A DNA stretch of 64,000 nucleotides from Nostoc sp. (GCA_036918135.1 JBALDB010000046.1:128001-192000), one strand, 5' to 3'; positions 31,018-41,713 are shown, counted from the first letter of the stretch. The notes: generated by a model not told the origin, from the letters alone. Translations and numbers: made by a program.

Positions 31018-32997
31018 ATGTCAAAAACTCAAACCGGGTCTTCTTTTTTATCTAATATCAGTGAGCGAGAACGCCAAGCATTAAAGAAGTTGGTAGATTA
31101 CACAAATGTGGAATCGCTACCAGAGATTTGGCCTTTAGCAGCTGAGAAATTTGGTGATGTTGTTGCCTTGCACAACCCCCATGCTAAACCAGAAATAGTG
31201 ATTACTTATACCGAATTAGCAGAGAAAATACAACTATTTGCTGCTGGGTTGCAAGCATTGGGAGTAAAAGTAGGCGATCGCATTTCCTTAATTGCTGACA
31301 ATAGTCCCCGGTGGTTTATTGCCGATCAAGGTATCATGACTGTTGGAGGAGTTGATGCGGTGCGTAGCTCCCAAGCTGAAAAAGAAGAACTGCTGTTTAT
31401 CATTGCCAACAGTGGTAGTACAGCAGTGGTAATTGAGGATTTAAAGACACTTAAAAAACTGCAAGACCGCCTCAACGATCTACCAATTCAATTTGTCATC
31501 TTACTTTCAGATGAAGCACCACCCACACAAACAACTTTAAAACTGCTAAATTTTTCCCGGTTGCTGGAAATAGGAGGGGCAAATCATGATTTTGTGCCAG
31601 TCAAGCAAAATCGTGACGCCTTAGCAACTCTTATTTATACCTCTGGCACCACCGGCAAACCCAAGGGTGTGATGCTCTCTTATAGCAATTTGATGCACCA
31701 AGTGACAACATTTGGCACAGTATTGCAACCAAATCCAGGCGATATCGTTCTCAGCATCTTGCCTTCGTGGCACAGCTACGAACGAACTGTTGAATATTAC
31801 CTCCTATCTCAAGGTTGCACGCAAGTTTATACTAGCTTGCGTTCTGTAAAAGCAGATTTGAGACAATTTAAACCCAACTACATGGTGGGTGTACCCCGTT
31901 TGTGGGAATCAATTTATGAAGGAGTACAAAAGCAGTTCCGCGAACAACCAGCCAAAAAGCAACGCCTAATTAAATTTTTATTAGGCATGAGCGAGAAATA
32001 TATTAAAGCGCAGCGAGTTGCTCAGGGATTGGATTTAAATAATCTTCATGCCTCAGGTGGCGAACGATTAGCAGCTAAGATACAAGCATCAGCTTTATTA
32101 CCCCTCCATAGCTTGGGAGAACGACTAGTTTATGCCAAAGTCCGGGAAGCTACAGGAGGAAAAGTTAAGCAGATGATTAGCGGCGGCGGTGCGCTTCCCA
32201 GACACATCGATAACTTCTTTGAAATTATTGGCGTGCAGATTTTGCAAGGCTATGGCTTGACAGAAACTTCTCCTGTTACCCATGTACGTCGTCCTTGGCG
32301 GAATTTGATTGGTGCATCGGGGCTACCACTCCCAGCAACAGAAGCTAAAATCGTAGATCCTGAGACAAAAACGCCTTTGTCAGTAGAAAAGCGAGGCTTG
32401 GTATTGTTAAGGGGGCCGCAGATTATGCAAGGCTATTACCAAAATTCCGAAGCTACAGCCAAAGCAATTGACCCTGAAGGTTGGTTTGATAGCGGCGATA
32501 TGGGTTGGTTGACACCAGAAAATGACTTAGTGCTAACTGGGAGGGCGAAAGATACGATTGTCTTGACGAACGGCGAAAACATCGAACCACAGCCGATCGA
32601 AGATGCATGTTTGCGATCGCCCTACATCGATCAAATCATGCTTCTCGGTCAAGACCAGCGCAGCTTAGGAGCCTTAATTGTCCCCAATCTCGAAGCTTTA
32701 GAAAAATGGGCAGCAACTCAAAATCTGACCCTGGATACACAAAGCGATCGCCCGACTGACTCATCCGGTGAAAAAATTGGCTTGGAGAGTAAAATGATCC
32801 AGGATTTATTTCGCCAAGAATTAAATCGCGAAGTGCAAAATCGTCCAGGCTATCGACCAGATGACCGCATCGGGCCGTTCAAATTCATTCTGGAACCGTT
32901 TTCTATTGAAAATGGCTTAATGACCCAAACATTGAAAGTTCGACGACACATCGTCGTGGAACGCTATCGCGATATTATTAACGGCATGTTTGCCTGA
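31018..32997 (+). CDS. aas: long-chain acyl-ACP/CoA synthetase
   Basis: YTSGTTGKPKG, QGYGLTETSP, GWFDSGD, GRAKDTIVL; followed by ylqD as in cyanobacterial aas loci. Confidence 0.9.
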   Translation: MSKTQTGSSFLSNISERERQALKKLVDYTNVESLPEIWPLAAEKFGDVVALHNPHAKPEIVITYTELAEKIQLFAAGLQALGVKVGDRISLIADNSPRWFIADQGIMTVGGVDAVRSSQAEKEELLFIIANSGSTAVVIEDLKTLKKLQDRLNDLPIQFVILLSDEAPPTQTTLKLLNFSRLLEIGGANHDFVPVKQNRDALATLIYTSGTTGKPKGVMLSYSNLMHQVTTFGTVLQPNPGDIVLSILPSWHSYERTVEYYLLSQGCTQVYTSLRSVKADLRQFKPNYMVGVPRLWESIYEGVQKQFREQPAKKQRLIKFLLGMSEKYIKAQRVAQGLDLNNLHASGGERLAAKIQASALLPLHSLGERLVYAKVREATGGKVKQMISGGGALPRHIDNFFEIIGVQILQGYGLTETSPVTHVRRPWRNLIGASGLPLPATEAKIVDPETKTPLSVEKRGLVLLRGPQIMQGYYQNSEATAKAIDPEGWFDSGDMGWLTPENDLVLTGRAKDTIVLTNGENIEPQPIEDACLRSPYIDQIMLLGQDQRSLGALIVPNLEALEKWAATQNLTLDTQSDRPTDSSGEKIGLESKMIQDLFRQELNREVQNRPGYRPDDRIGPFKFILEPFSIENGLMTQTLKVRRHIVVERYRDIINGMFA

Positions 32998-33038
32998 TAA
33001 TTCCACCTGCCAACTATAAGAGTGAACGTGAAATATTT

Positions 33039-33488
33039 ATGGATGTCTCCAAATCTCATTTGCTCCTGAAACGTGTCGTCAACGTTAAAGTGATTGTTAC
33101 TCCCCTGTGGAAAGAGGAAGTACAACAGCAGCTACAAGCACAGATCAATCAACTTGACCAGCAATTGCAACAGCTAGATGTTGAAGGACAAAGAGCGATT
33201 ACTGCAATTCAAAAGCAGAGTTTGCAACCACCCGGCCCCCAGACTCTCCAACAAATTGACAATATCCAACTCCAAGTCAATCAAAAGAAGAGTGAATTTC
33301 TAGAGCAGAAAAATCAGTTGCTGCAAAACCTCCAGCAAGTGCAGTTTCTCCAACAGGATCAAGAAGTCAACCAATTCCAAATGGAAGGCTTCTTCAAAGT
33401 AGAAACGGGAGATAACTTGATTAGCAAAATGCAAGTCGAAATTGTTCTGCGCGATGGCGTTGTCGAAGAAATTCGCGGCGACATTTAA
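33039..33488 (+). CDS. YlqD family protein
   Basis: LLLKRVVNVKVIVTPLWKEE, Q-rich coiled coil, EIVLRDGVVEEIR. Confidence 0.88.
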   Translation: MDVSKSHLLLKRVVNVKVIVTPLWKEEVQQQLQAQINQLDQQLQQLDVEGQRAITAIQKQSLQPPGPQTLQQIDNIQLQVNQKKSEFLEQKNQLLQNLQQVQFLQQDQEVNQFQMEGFFKVETGDNLISKMQVEIVLRDGVVEEIRGDI

Positions 33489-33489
33489 A

Positions 33490-33660
33490 TTTGTCATTTG
33501 TTCTCTCTTACAAAGTTCCGATGCCTGCGGCAAGCCGCAAAGCGTCTACGGAGGAAACCTCCGCACCCTGCGGGAAGCCGCAGAAGCGTCTACAGACTTT
33601 GCGCTTTGTCTTTTGTCCTTTGCAAATGACCAATGACCAATGACCAATGACTAATGACAA
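33490..33660. repeat. STRR heptamers with nested small dispersed repeats (33505-33605)
   Basis: Same outer element as 9291-9382, with two CCTGCGG.AAGCCGCA..AGCGTCTA inserts; ATGACCA tandem follows. Confidence 0.8.
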
Positions 33661-34193
33661 ATCTGATTTAACTTAGCGTGGGTACGGCTTCCAGACCAAC
33701 ATTCCACCTGGGAGCCAGCCCAAATAATTTGCCAGACTGGAGGTGAACTAATAAAAAGCGATCGCCCAAAGGTTGTCATCTCAACTCGATATTTAATACC
33801 AATAGAATTATTATCCTGCTTGATTTGTGTAATCGTCACCAAGGCTTGATTTCGTTGTGGATAAGCTACCTCTACCTTTCGCGTTCCTTGTGCTGATGCT
33901 ATATCCTCAAAGGCATTCAAGGCGAGTGTAGCAGGATCGCTACCTTGGAGAGATGAGTTGATATTTTCTAGAGGTATAGTTTTATAATTTGAGCGCTCTG
34001 AATATGCCACAACTTCCTGAGACTGATGCATCACTCTCACCTGGTGGGGTTGCCCATCGATATTGTCAACAATCGGTGTAGATTGGTGGCGCTGGGTAAC
34101 ATATACTCCAATACCGACAGTGGCAAAGATACTTAATACCACAATCACAAAGAGTTTTAACTTTGCCGACATAAAAGTAAACAGGAATTTCAA
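33651..34193 (-). CDS. hypothetical membrane-anchored/exported protein
   Basis: 180-aa ORF with N-terminal hydrophobic segment. Confidence 0.6.
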   Translation of the reverse strand: MKFLFTFMSAKLKLFVIVVLSIFATVGIGVYVTQRHQSTPIVDNIDGQPHQVRVMHQSQEVVAYSERSNYKTIPLENINSSLQGSDPATLALNAFEDIASAQGTRKVEVAYPQRNQALVTITQIKQDNNSIGIKYRVEMTTFGRSLFISSPPVWQIIWAGSQVECWSGSRTHAKLNQICH

Positions 34194-34460
34194 ACAGGTT
34201 AATTACCAATTTTGAATTCTAGATTGAACTGCATCCCGTATCCTCTACCTCTAAGAAACTCCTCTATCTTAAGCAGTAGGAGGAATACAAATATACCTAA
34301 TATGTAGCAATCCTATTTGATTTGTGAGACACTCGTGGTGATTTTTTAAAACCACCAACCAAAACGCGATATTGACTAACCATTGAGGATAGCTCTGTAC
34401 TTATAGACCTCTAAGTCAGAATTTAGGTTCCTGGGGTCTTGGCAATACTGATTGCTCAGT

Positions 34461-34500
34461 AGTGCTGTTAGCGGTAGCGGGGCGTTTAGCCCGTGTTGAG
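34461..34500. repeat. small dispersed repeat (SDR-like)
   Basis: AGTGCTGTTAGCGGTAGCGGGGCGTTTAGCCCGTGTTGAG, a GC-rich hairpin within a GTGCTGA-type context. Confidence 0.55.
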
Positions 34501-34649
34501 CTAGGAATTCTTCCCGCTGCCTCCCTGCTCCCCTGCCCCATGCTTAACCTAAAATATAAAATCTCCAGTCCAAAATTCTTTTATCAAGATACAATTCGAT
34601 CTGACAAAAGCTGTTAAAGTCCATAAACCATTGATTCCCAAACCACCCT

Positions 34650-35963
34650 ATGAGCATTCACGAAGTATTTATGCCAGCGCTGAGTTCTACCATGACCGAA
34701 GGCAAAATAGTCTCCTGGGTGAAATCGCCAGGGGACAAAGTGGAAAAAGGCGAAACAGTGGTGGTTGTAGAGTCAGATAAGGCAGATATGGATGTAGAAA
34801 CCTTTTATGAAGGATTTCTTGCCCATATCATAGTTGAAGCTGGTGAAACTGCCCCGGTAGGATCTGCGATCGCTTTTATTGCTGAAACGGAAGCTGAAAT
34901 TGAAAGTGCGAAATCTCTCACCAATTCCGGTGGTGCAGATGCTACCAGTGCCTCTTCCCCTGAACCAATCGCACCCGCAGCCGCAGCCGAAGACAGAACA
35001 CCTGCCTTGGCGTCTCAAAATGGCTCTAACCACCGTGAAGGGAGGCTTGTAGCCTCACCTCGTGCCCGGAAGTTAGCCAAAGAACTAAAAGTTGATTTAA
35101 CTACTCTCCAAGGCAGTGGCCCCCACGGTCGCATTGTCGCCGAGGATGTGCAAGGATTATCTAATAAAGCTAAGCAACCTGCTGCTACCCCAGTTGCTCC
35201 AGCAACGCCTGTACCACCCGTTACCCCAGTAGCGCCCCCTGCACCGCCTACACCAGCCGCCGCACCCGCACCAGCTGTGGCATCTGTTCCTGGTTCAATC
35301 GTGCCTCTAACTACCTTCCAAAATGCGGTAGTACGGAATATGGTAGCTAGTCTATCTGTGCCTGTGTTCCGTGTGGCTTACAGCATTACCACTGATGAGC
35401 TAGACAAACTTTATAAACAAATTAAATCCAAAGGCGTAACGATGACAGCCCTACTGGCGAAAGCTGTAGCGGTAACATTACAAAAACACCCACTTTTGAA
35501 CGCTAGCTACTCAGACCAAGGAACTGTTTATCATTCTGATATCAACATTTCTGTAGCTGTAGCGATGGATGATGGCGGATTAATTACACCTGTGCTGCAA
35601 AATGCAGACGCAGTGGATATTTATTCTCTATCGCGTAGTTGGAAGTCTTTAGTAGAACGTGCCAGAACAAAACAACTACAACCCCAAGAATATAACAGTG
35701 GTACTTTTACCCTATCTAACTTGGGGATGTTTGGTGTAGATACATTTGATGCGATTTTACCACCTGGACAAGGGTCAATTTTAGCGATCGGGGCATCCCG
35801 TCCGCAAGTGGTAGCAACACCCGATGGTTTATTTGCTGTGCGCCAACAAATGCAAGTAAATATTACTTCAGACCACCGAATTATTTACGGTGCCCATGCT
35901 GCCGCATTCTTGCAAGATTTGGCGAAATTGATTGAGACAAATGCTCATTCTTTGACACTCTAG
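34650..35963 (+). CDS. pdhC: pyruvate dehydrogenase E2, dihydrolipoamide acetyltransferase
   Basis: Lipoyl motif VESDKADMDVE, ASPRARKLA E3-binding domain, DHRIIYG catalytic motif. Confidence 0.96.
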   Translation: MSIHEVFMPALSSTMTEGKIVSWVKSPGDKVEKGETVVVVESDKADMDVETFYEGFLAHIIVEAGETAPVGSAIAFIAETEAEIESAKSLTNSGGADATSASSPEPIAPAAAAEDRTPALASQNGSNHREGRLVASPRARKLAKELKVDLTTLQGSGPHGRIVAEDVQGLSNKAKQPAATPVAPATPVPPVTPVAPPAPPTPAAAPAPAVASVPGSIVPLTTFQNAVVRNMVASLSVPVFRVAYSITTDELDKLYKQIKSKGVTMTALLAKAVAVTLQKHPLLNASYSDQGTVYHSDINISVAVAMDDGGLITPVLQNADAVDIYSLSRSWKSLVERARTKQLQPQEYNSGTFTLSNLGMFGVDTFDAILPPGQGSILAIGASRPQVVATPDGLFAVRQQMQVNITSDHRIIYGAHAAAFLQDLAKLIETNAHSLTL

Positions 35964-36132
35964 TTTTGAAAGAACGCCAAAATTAAATGTTAGCGCTATT
36001 AGCGAAGTAGTTTGCCAAAGATTAGCGCTAACAACCAACAATATCGACGCTAAAATTTTTGATGGATAAACTATGTAGAGATGTGGCGTTGTCAATGTCT
36101 CTACATAAATTTATGTCCAAGCTAATATCACA

Positions 36133-36995
36133 GTGACATACGACAACACCTTAAAATATCTAGTTGAACAGTATCCAGAAGATTTTATTTGCTACTTACT
36201 CGCATCTGAAGTAATGGATATTCAGATTCTCAAAACAGAATTAAACCAAAAACCAATCCGTGCTGACTCAGTAACCTTTTTGCAAACTGCCAATCAAATA
36301 CTGCATTTAGCAGTTTCAAACCTTACCAACATCAACTCTACCCTTACCACTGCGGATGCTCGACTATTGGGTGCGGCTGTATCGACAATACAATTGTGAT
36401 GTCGAGCAGGTAGTAATTTTTCTTAAACCCACAACTTCAGAAGCAGTATTTGTAAATCAATTTACTACCCGCAATACTACCCACTGCTACCGCATCATCC
36501 GAATGTGGGAACAAGATCCACAACTGTTGCTAGTATCTCCTGGTTTATTACCTCTGGCAACTTTGGCAAGAACAAATTCTCCTCAAAACTTACTCCAACA
36601 GGTAGCAGTTCAAGTGAGTATGATTGAAGAACCAGCCACCAAACAGAGTATTTCGGTATGTACCCAACTTTTAGCGGGGTTGGTATTTGAGCCAGAACTT
36701 ATATCGTCAGTTTTTGAAGAGAGAAGACATGAAAGAATCTGCAATTTATCAATAAATTCTTCAAGAAGGACTTCAAGAAGGAAGAGAACAAGGTATACAA
36801 GAAGGTATAGAACAAGGAAGACAATCACAACTGAGGCTAGTGATAGGTTTATTAACTCGTCGCCTTGGTTCAATTAATTCTCAGTTACAATCTCGGCTAC
36901 AAGAGTTGTCCTTAGCTCAATTGGAGGACTTGGGTGAAGTCTTACTAGATTTCGCTACTGAAGGTGATTTAATTAATTGGGTGAATACAATATAA
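36133..36995 (+). pseudogene. Rpn-family (PD-(D/E)XK, DUF4351 C-terminus) pseudogene
   Basis: Three frames: YDNTLKYL..PIRADS / RMLDYWVRLYR..GLLPLA / EDMKESAIYQ*ILQEG..QLEDLGEVLLDF..W; two frameshifts and one TAA. Confidence 0.85.
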
Positions 36996-37177
36996 AATTA
37001 GAGTTTACCTAAACCTTTTTACCAGTTACAAAAAAGTTAGATTATCATTCCAAGCTCCTTGCTCAGTTGCGTCTGCTTCAATTTTTTGTTCGATTAATTC
37101 AATTAACGCAATTACATATTCTTGAGTATAATTATGAGTTAAAAAATTAAAAGGTGGGCATTACCCACCTAGCTAAT

Positions 37178-38359
37178 TTATCCTTTTACACACATAACTT
37201 GTTTGAGTGTTGCGATAACTTCGACCAAATCAGCTTGATTTGCCATCACTTGTTCTATCGGTTTATAAGCACCGGGAATTTCATCCAAAACTCCTGTATC
37301 TTTCCGACATTCTACCCCTTGAGTTTGCTGAATCAAATCATCAAGAGTGTAGACATTTTTGGCCTTATTTCTAGACAATAATCGACCAGCACCGTGAGAG
37401 CAAGAACAAAAGCTGTGGGCGTTACCTTTACCTTTAACAATGAAAGACTTTGCCCCCATTGAACCAGGAATAATCCCATAGTCTTCTGTTTGGGCGCGGA
37501 CTGCACCTTTACGAGTAACGTACACATCCTCGTCAAAATGTACTTCTTTTTCAGCATAATTGTGATGACAATTCACCTGCAATAAAGGTTTAGTCGCCTT
37601 TCCACCTACAAGATGCTTCTCGACTATGTGCTTAAAACGCGCCATCATCACATCGCGGTTGACACGCGCATACTCTTGCGCCCATTGCAAATCATGCCAG
37701 TATGCTTGGAATTCTGCGGTTCCAGCGACAAAATAAGCTAAATCAGGATCGGTTAATTTATTACCTGCCATCTTCGCTAATTCCTTGGCTGTGTTAATGT
37801 GACACTGAGCTAGATTATTGCCGATGTTGCGCGAACCAGAATGCAGCATTAGCCAAACTTGATTCTCTGTATCAAGGCACACTTCAATAAAATGATTTCC
37901 TCCACCTAGAGAACCCAGTTGTTTCATCGCTTTGCCTTGCAGGTCTTGTACGCCGTGATGCAAGTCTTTAAAATCATTCCAGCGTTGCCAGTTGGTAACA
38001 GATTTTTCAACGTCTTTGTTTTCGTTGAACCCTGTAGGAATTGCTGCTTCAATATCTAAGCGGATTTTTTTAAGCTTCCCTTCGAGTTGTTCGCCACTAA
38101 ATGACGTTTTGATAGCACTCATACCGCAACCCACATCTACGCCCACAGCAGCAGGTATAATCGCTTCTTTGGTTGCTATTACAGAACCGACTAAGGCACC
38201 TTTACCTAAGTGGACATCTGGCATTAAGGCTACATGCTTAAACACAAATGGCAGCGATGCGACATTCTTTGCCATTTTGGTTTCTTCTGGCCCTAAAGGG
38301 TGATTCGCCCAGGATAAAACGGGTGCTGGTGTGGTAATTTCTAACTTTTCGTAGGGCAT
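37178..38359 (-). CDS. rtcB: RtcB family RNA ligase
   Basis: MPDVHLG, VGVDVGCG, GGGNHFIE, HSGSR, HHN, RKGA, PGSMG, SHGAGR, DEIPGAYK. Confidence 0.95.
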   Translation of the reverse strand: MPYEKLEITTPAPVLSWANHPLGPEETKMAKNVASLPFVFKHVALMPDVHLGKGALVGSVIATKEAIIPAAVGVDVGCGMSAIKTSFSGEQLEGKLKKIRLDIEAAIPTGFNENKDVEKSVTNWQRWNDFKDLHHGVQDLQGKAMKQLGSLGGGNHFIEVCLDTENQVWLMLHSGSRNIGNNLAQCHINTAKELAKMAGNKLTDPDLAYFVAGTAEFQAYWHDLQWAQEYARVNRDVMMARFKHIVEKHLVGGKATKPLLQVNCHHNYAEKEVHFDEDVYVTRKGAVRAQTEDYGIIPGSMGAKSFIVKGKGNAHSFCSCSHGAGRLLSRNKAKNVYTLDDLIQQTQGVECRKDTGVLDEIPGAYKPIEQVMANQADLVEVIATLKQVMCVKG

Positions 38360-38651
38360 AATTTTTTTATTTTGGATTTTTAATTTTAGATTTTAGATAG
38401 GGAATTTGGCATTAGGTAGTCAAAGGGACTAAGGACTGGGGAAGATGAAAAGCAAAGGGGCAAATAATAACTCCTCACTTAACACTCAACAGTCAACACT
38501 CTCAATGCTCACCCAATAATAAAATTATACTACAATTGTAATACAAAGTTTTCCAGTCTCAACCCGATCGCCACAACTAGAAAAGATGTACTAAAATTTG
38601 TAAAGAAAATTCTCTGATTAAAACAGTCTTTATACTTTTGGCACAATACCT

Positions 38652-39551
38652 ATGGCAGTGCGTCAAGATACAATCTGGGAACGTTTTTTATCCCCTGTAG
38701 CGCGTTTTTTCATTGATGAAGATGGGTTGCGGCGTTATCAAGAAAGTATTGATTGGGAGAAAGAAGGCGATCGCTTTCGCCGAGCTGATGTCATAATTCC
38801 ATCGTACTACAGCGAACAAAACTTTCACGGGATTGCAGGGGGATATCTCACTTCTGGTGCAGCAGTGACTTACGACCCCATAACCCAATATGTTCTGCTG
38901 CCTAACGAAAATTTTATCCGTCAGGCTTTAATTGATACCATTAAAGTAAAACCACGACGCATACTTGATTTGGGTTGCGGTACGGGTTCCACTACTTTAA
39001 TGTTAAAACAGGCTTTCCCCGAAGCCGAAGTTATTGGTTTGGATTTCTCACCTTATATGTTGGTAAGGGCAGAACATAAAAGCCAAGCTGCTGGTTTAGA
39101 TATAGTTTGGCGACACGGGAATGCTGAGAAAACTGGTTTGAGTGATGCTTCCTTTGATTTGGTGACAGCTTCTTTACTATTTCACGAAATACCAGATACG
39201 GTGTCATTAGCAATTTTGCAAGAAAGCTTCCGGTTGCTGGTAGCTGGAGGACAAGTGTTAATTCAAGATGGCAATCAAAAAACTCTGCGTCAATTAGAAT
39301 GGCTCAGTGACATTTTTGAAGAACCATATATTCGTGAGTATGCCAATGGTAGTGTCGATGCGAATATGGGTGCAGCAGGGTTTGAAGCAGTGCGAACTCA
39401 AGATGTGTGGTGGATAAATCAGGTAACTAGCGGTATTAAACCGATAGCCGCTGAAAATCCTCGCCAATATTCTGCAACGTCGATAGACACCACAATAGAT
39501 AATAATAATTTGGAGGGACTTGGATCGCCAGCGTTTGGCATAATCGCATGA
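38652..39551 (+). CDS. class I SAM-dependent methyltransferase
   Basis: ILDLGCGTGS, FDLVTASLLFHE. Confidence 0.9.
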   Translation: MAVRQDTIWERFLSPVARFFIDEDGLRRYQESIDWEKEGDRFRRADVIIPSYYSEQNFHGIAGGYLTSGAAVTYDPITQYVLLPNENFIRQALIDTIKVKPRRILDLGCGTGSTTLMLKQAFPEAEVIGLDFSPYMLVRAEHKSQAAGLDIVWRHGNAEKTGLSDASFDLVTASLLFHEIPDTVSLAILQESFRLLVAGGQVLIQDGNQKTLRQLEWLSDIFEEPYIREYANGSVDANMGAAGFEAVRTQDVWWINQVTSGIKPIAAENPRQYSATSIDTTIDNNNLEGLGSPAFGIIA

Positions 39552-40276
39552 GTTTAAAGGCAGTTCTCTTTGATTTTAATGGTGTCATCATTAACGATGA
39601 GCCAATCCACCTGCAACTGATAGATGAGATTCTCATTCAAGAAAATCTCCAACCCCAGCGGGTGGATGAGCGACAAGCTTGTTTGGGACGCAGCGATCGC
39701 GCTTGTTTTGGGCAACTACTCGCTAATCGTGGTAGGGTAGTTACGGAAAACTATTTAACTCAACTGCTGCACCGCAAAGTTCAAGCTTACGCACTAGAAC
39801 TAGAGAAAATCGAGAAACTGCCTTTGTATCCAGGTGTTGAAGACTTGATATATCAAGTGCGATCGCGCAATCTGAAATTAGGATTAGTCAGCGGTGCTAT
39901 TCGCAAAGAAATAGAACTGGTACTCAATCGAGCTAAACTCGCCGAACATTTTAAAATTATTGTCGCGGGTGATGACATCACTACTAGTAAACCAGAACCC
40001 GATGGCTACCTACTAGCAGTTAAACAGTTGAACCAAGAATATTCCGAATTGAATCTTCAACCCGAAGAATGTCTAGCAATTGAAGATACACCAGCTGGTA
40101 TTCAAGCAGCAAAGCGATCGCATATGCAAGTTGTGGGTGTCGCAAACACTTACCCCTTCCATATGCTTCAGCGCTGCTGTAACTGGACTGTTGATTACCT
40201 CAGTGATTTGGAACTAGAACGCGTGCAGAAAGTTTATTCCCAAAAACAGCCCCAGCCATCGGTTACTGAATGTTAA
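39548..40276 (+). CDS. HAD-superfamily phosphatase
   Basis: FDFNGVI, SKPEPDGY, IEDTPAGIQAA; ATGA overlap with the upstream gene. Confidence 0.9.
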   Translation: MSLKAVLFDFNGVIINDEPIHLQLIDEILIQENLQPQRVDERQACLGRSDRACFGQLLANRGRVVTENYLTQLLHRKVQAYALELEKIEKLPLYPGVEDLIYQVRSRNLKLGLVSGAIRKEIELVLNRAKLAEHFKIIVAGDDITTSKPEPDGYLLAVKQLNQEYSELNLQPEECLAIEDTPAGIQAAKRSHMQVVGVANTYPFHMLQRCCNWTVDYLSDLELERVQKVYSQKQPQPSVTEC

Positions 40277-40300
40277 AATATTCATTAATGAATTAATTAA

Positions 40301-40373
40301 GGGGAATTAGCTCAGTTGGTAGAGCGCTGCGATCGCACCGCAGAGGCCATCGGTTCAAATCCGTTATTCTCCA
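40301..40373 (+). tRNA. trnA: tRNA-Ala(CGC)
   Basis: GGGGAAT/ATTCTCCA acceptor stem with G3:U70; anticodon arm CTGCG-ATCGCAC-CGCAG. Confidence 0.95.
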
Positions 40374-40467
40374 TTTGTTCATTAAATAATTATTGTCAGT
40401 TTTAAATCTACATTCTGTTCTTTGAACTCTCATAATTAGGAATTATGACTGTACGTTGATGTTAATT

Positions 40468-40623
40468 TTACAGCCAAAACTGGCGATCGCCTTCCACTGT
40501 ACCTGGAGCAATTCCTTGTAACCGCCGATAAGCTATTTTGTCAGAACCGTATAATGGGACAGGTAAGCGAGGTTCTTTCAACGCCCGGTGATGTAGCAAT
40601 GTCAGTTTAAGTGTAGCTTCTAT
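40468..40623 (-). pseudogene. C-terminal fragment resembling a PIWI/Argonaute terminus
   Basis: IEATLKLTLLHHRALKEPRLPVPLYGSDKIAYRRLQG...DRQFWL*; RLPxPLxxxD motif and aromatic C-terminus; abuts a transposase remnant. Confidence 0.55.
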
Positions 40624-41406
40624 CCCTCTTCTGTCACTTTCCGGAATAAGCAAGTAGTAAAGAAGCTAAATTATCCAGAAGCATAACAGGGCTTGAATTG
40701 ATTCATTGCGGCAATTAAATGATTGAATTCCAGTAATAAATTTGAATTAGGGAAAATACTTAACCAGGGATAAATTAACCAAAATAGTAAAAGTGGTTGG
40801 ATAATAAAACGCAGATTATTTAAAGTATTATTCCATCCAGATTCATGATTCCATTGTGGATGATTAAAAAAATAAACATCACTATTTTCTTGTGCTTCAG
40901 TCTCAAGTTGACTAGATTGATTCAAGCCTAAGAAGACTGGATAATTTAAACTAATCATTGTATAAACACTAAAAATAATCTCCCCCCATCTCTCAATATA
41001 TAGGAAATTAGTTAAACGGTAATCCGTCCAGCCTAGTTCCTGTTTACACTGTCGAAACCCATATTCAACCCAGGTTCTTAATCCATATAAATCACCTAAA
41101 GTCTTCTTCAAATTCCCTTGAAGATTCGTCATCACAAAGGAGGTAGAATTTTCCGGCATGGTTTCTGGGTCAGTAGTTATTTCCCAGTAAGTTGTAGCTC
41201 TTTTTTTACTATAAATTATTTCCCTGATGTATCTAGTCTCTGATTTTTGATTGCTAAATGTTCTCTCAAATTTACACCACTTATTCGCTCTAACGCTTTG
41301 CCCTGAAGGGAACCAGACTCCATGATTAGTTCTAATTGAGACCACATAGCCTAAGTTATATTTAGCTATTTTTCTAATAAATTGGCTACTTTCACCATAT
41401 AAACTG
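40624..41406 (-). mobile_element. IS701-family transposase remnant (5'-truncated, fused in frame to unrelated sequence up to 41669)
   Basis: SLYGES, YGLRTWVEYGFRQCKQELGWTDYR motifs; N-terminal half of the DDE region missing. Confidence 0.8.
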
Positions 41407-41713
41407 ATTTTCAGACCTTTTAAAATGATGTTGCTGAAATTTATTTGACAATTACCTTCTCCAAAAGCTTTGGGTAAATTACAGGCGATCGCTACTTTTG
41501 GTTGCACAACAACTAAGCGGCAACCTTCTTGCTTAATAGAAGGCTCAAAATTAGATGTTTCTAAAACATCCTGTAAATCTGGATGGCGAGTATTTTCTAA
41601 TAGTTTTATTTTTGTTTTCCTTAATTTCAGTAATAGAACTTTAATTTTTTGCTTGTATAGTCTTATCATCCAAGATTTTGTTTTTTATACAAGCTTTTCT
41701 CAAAAATTAAAAA

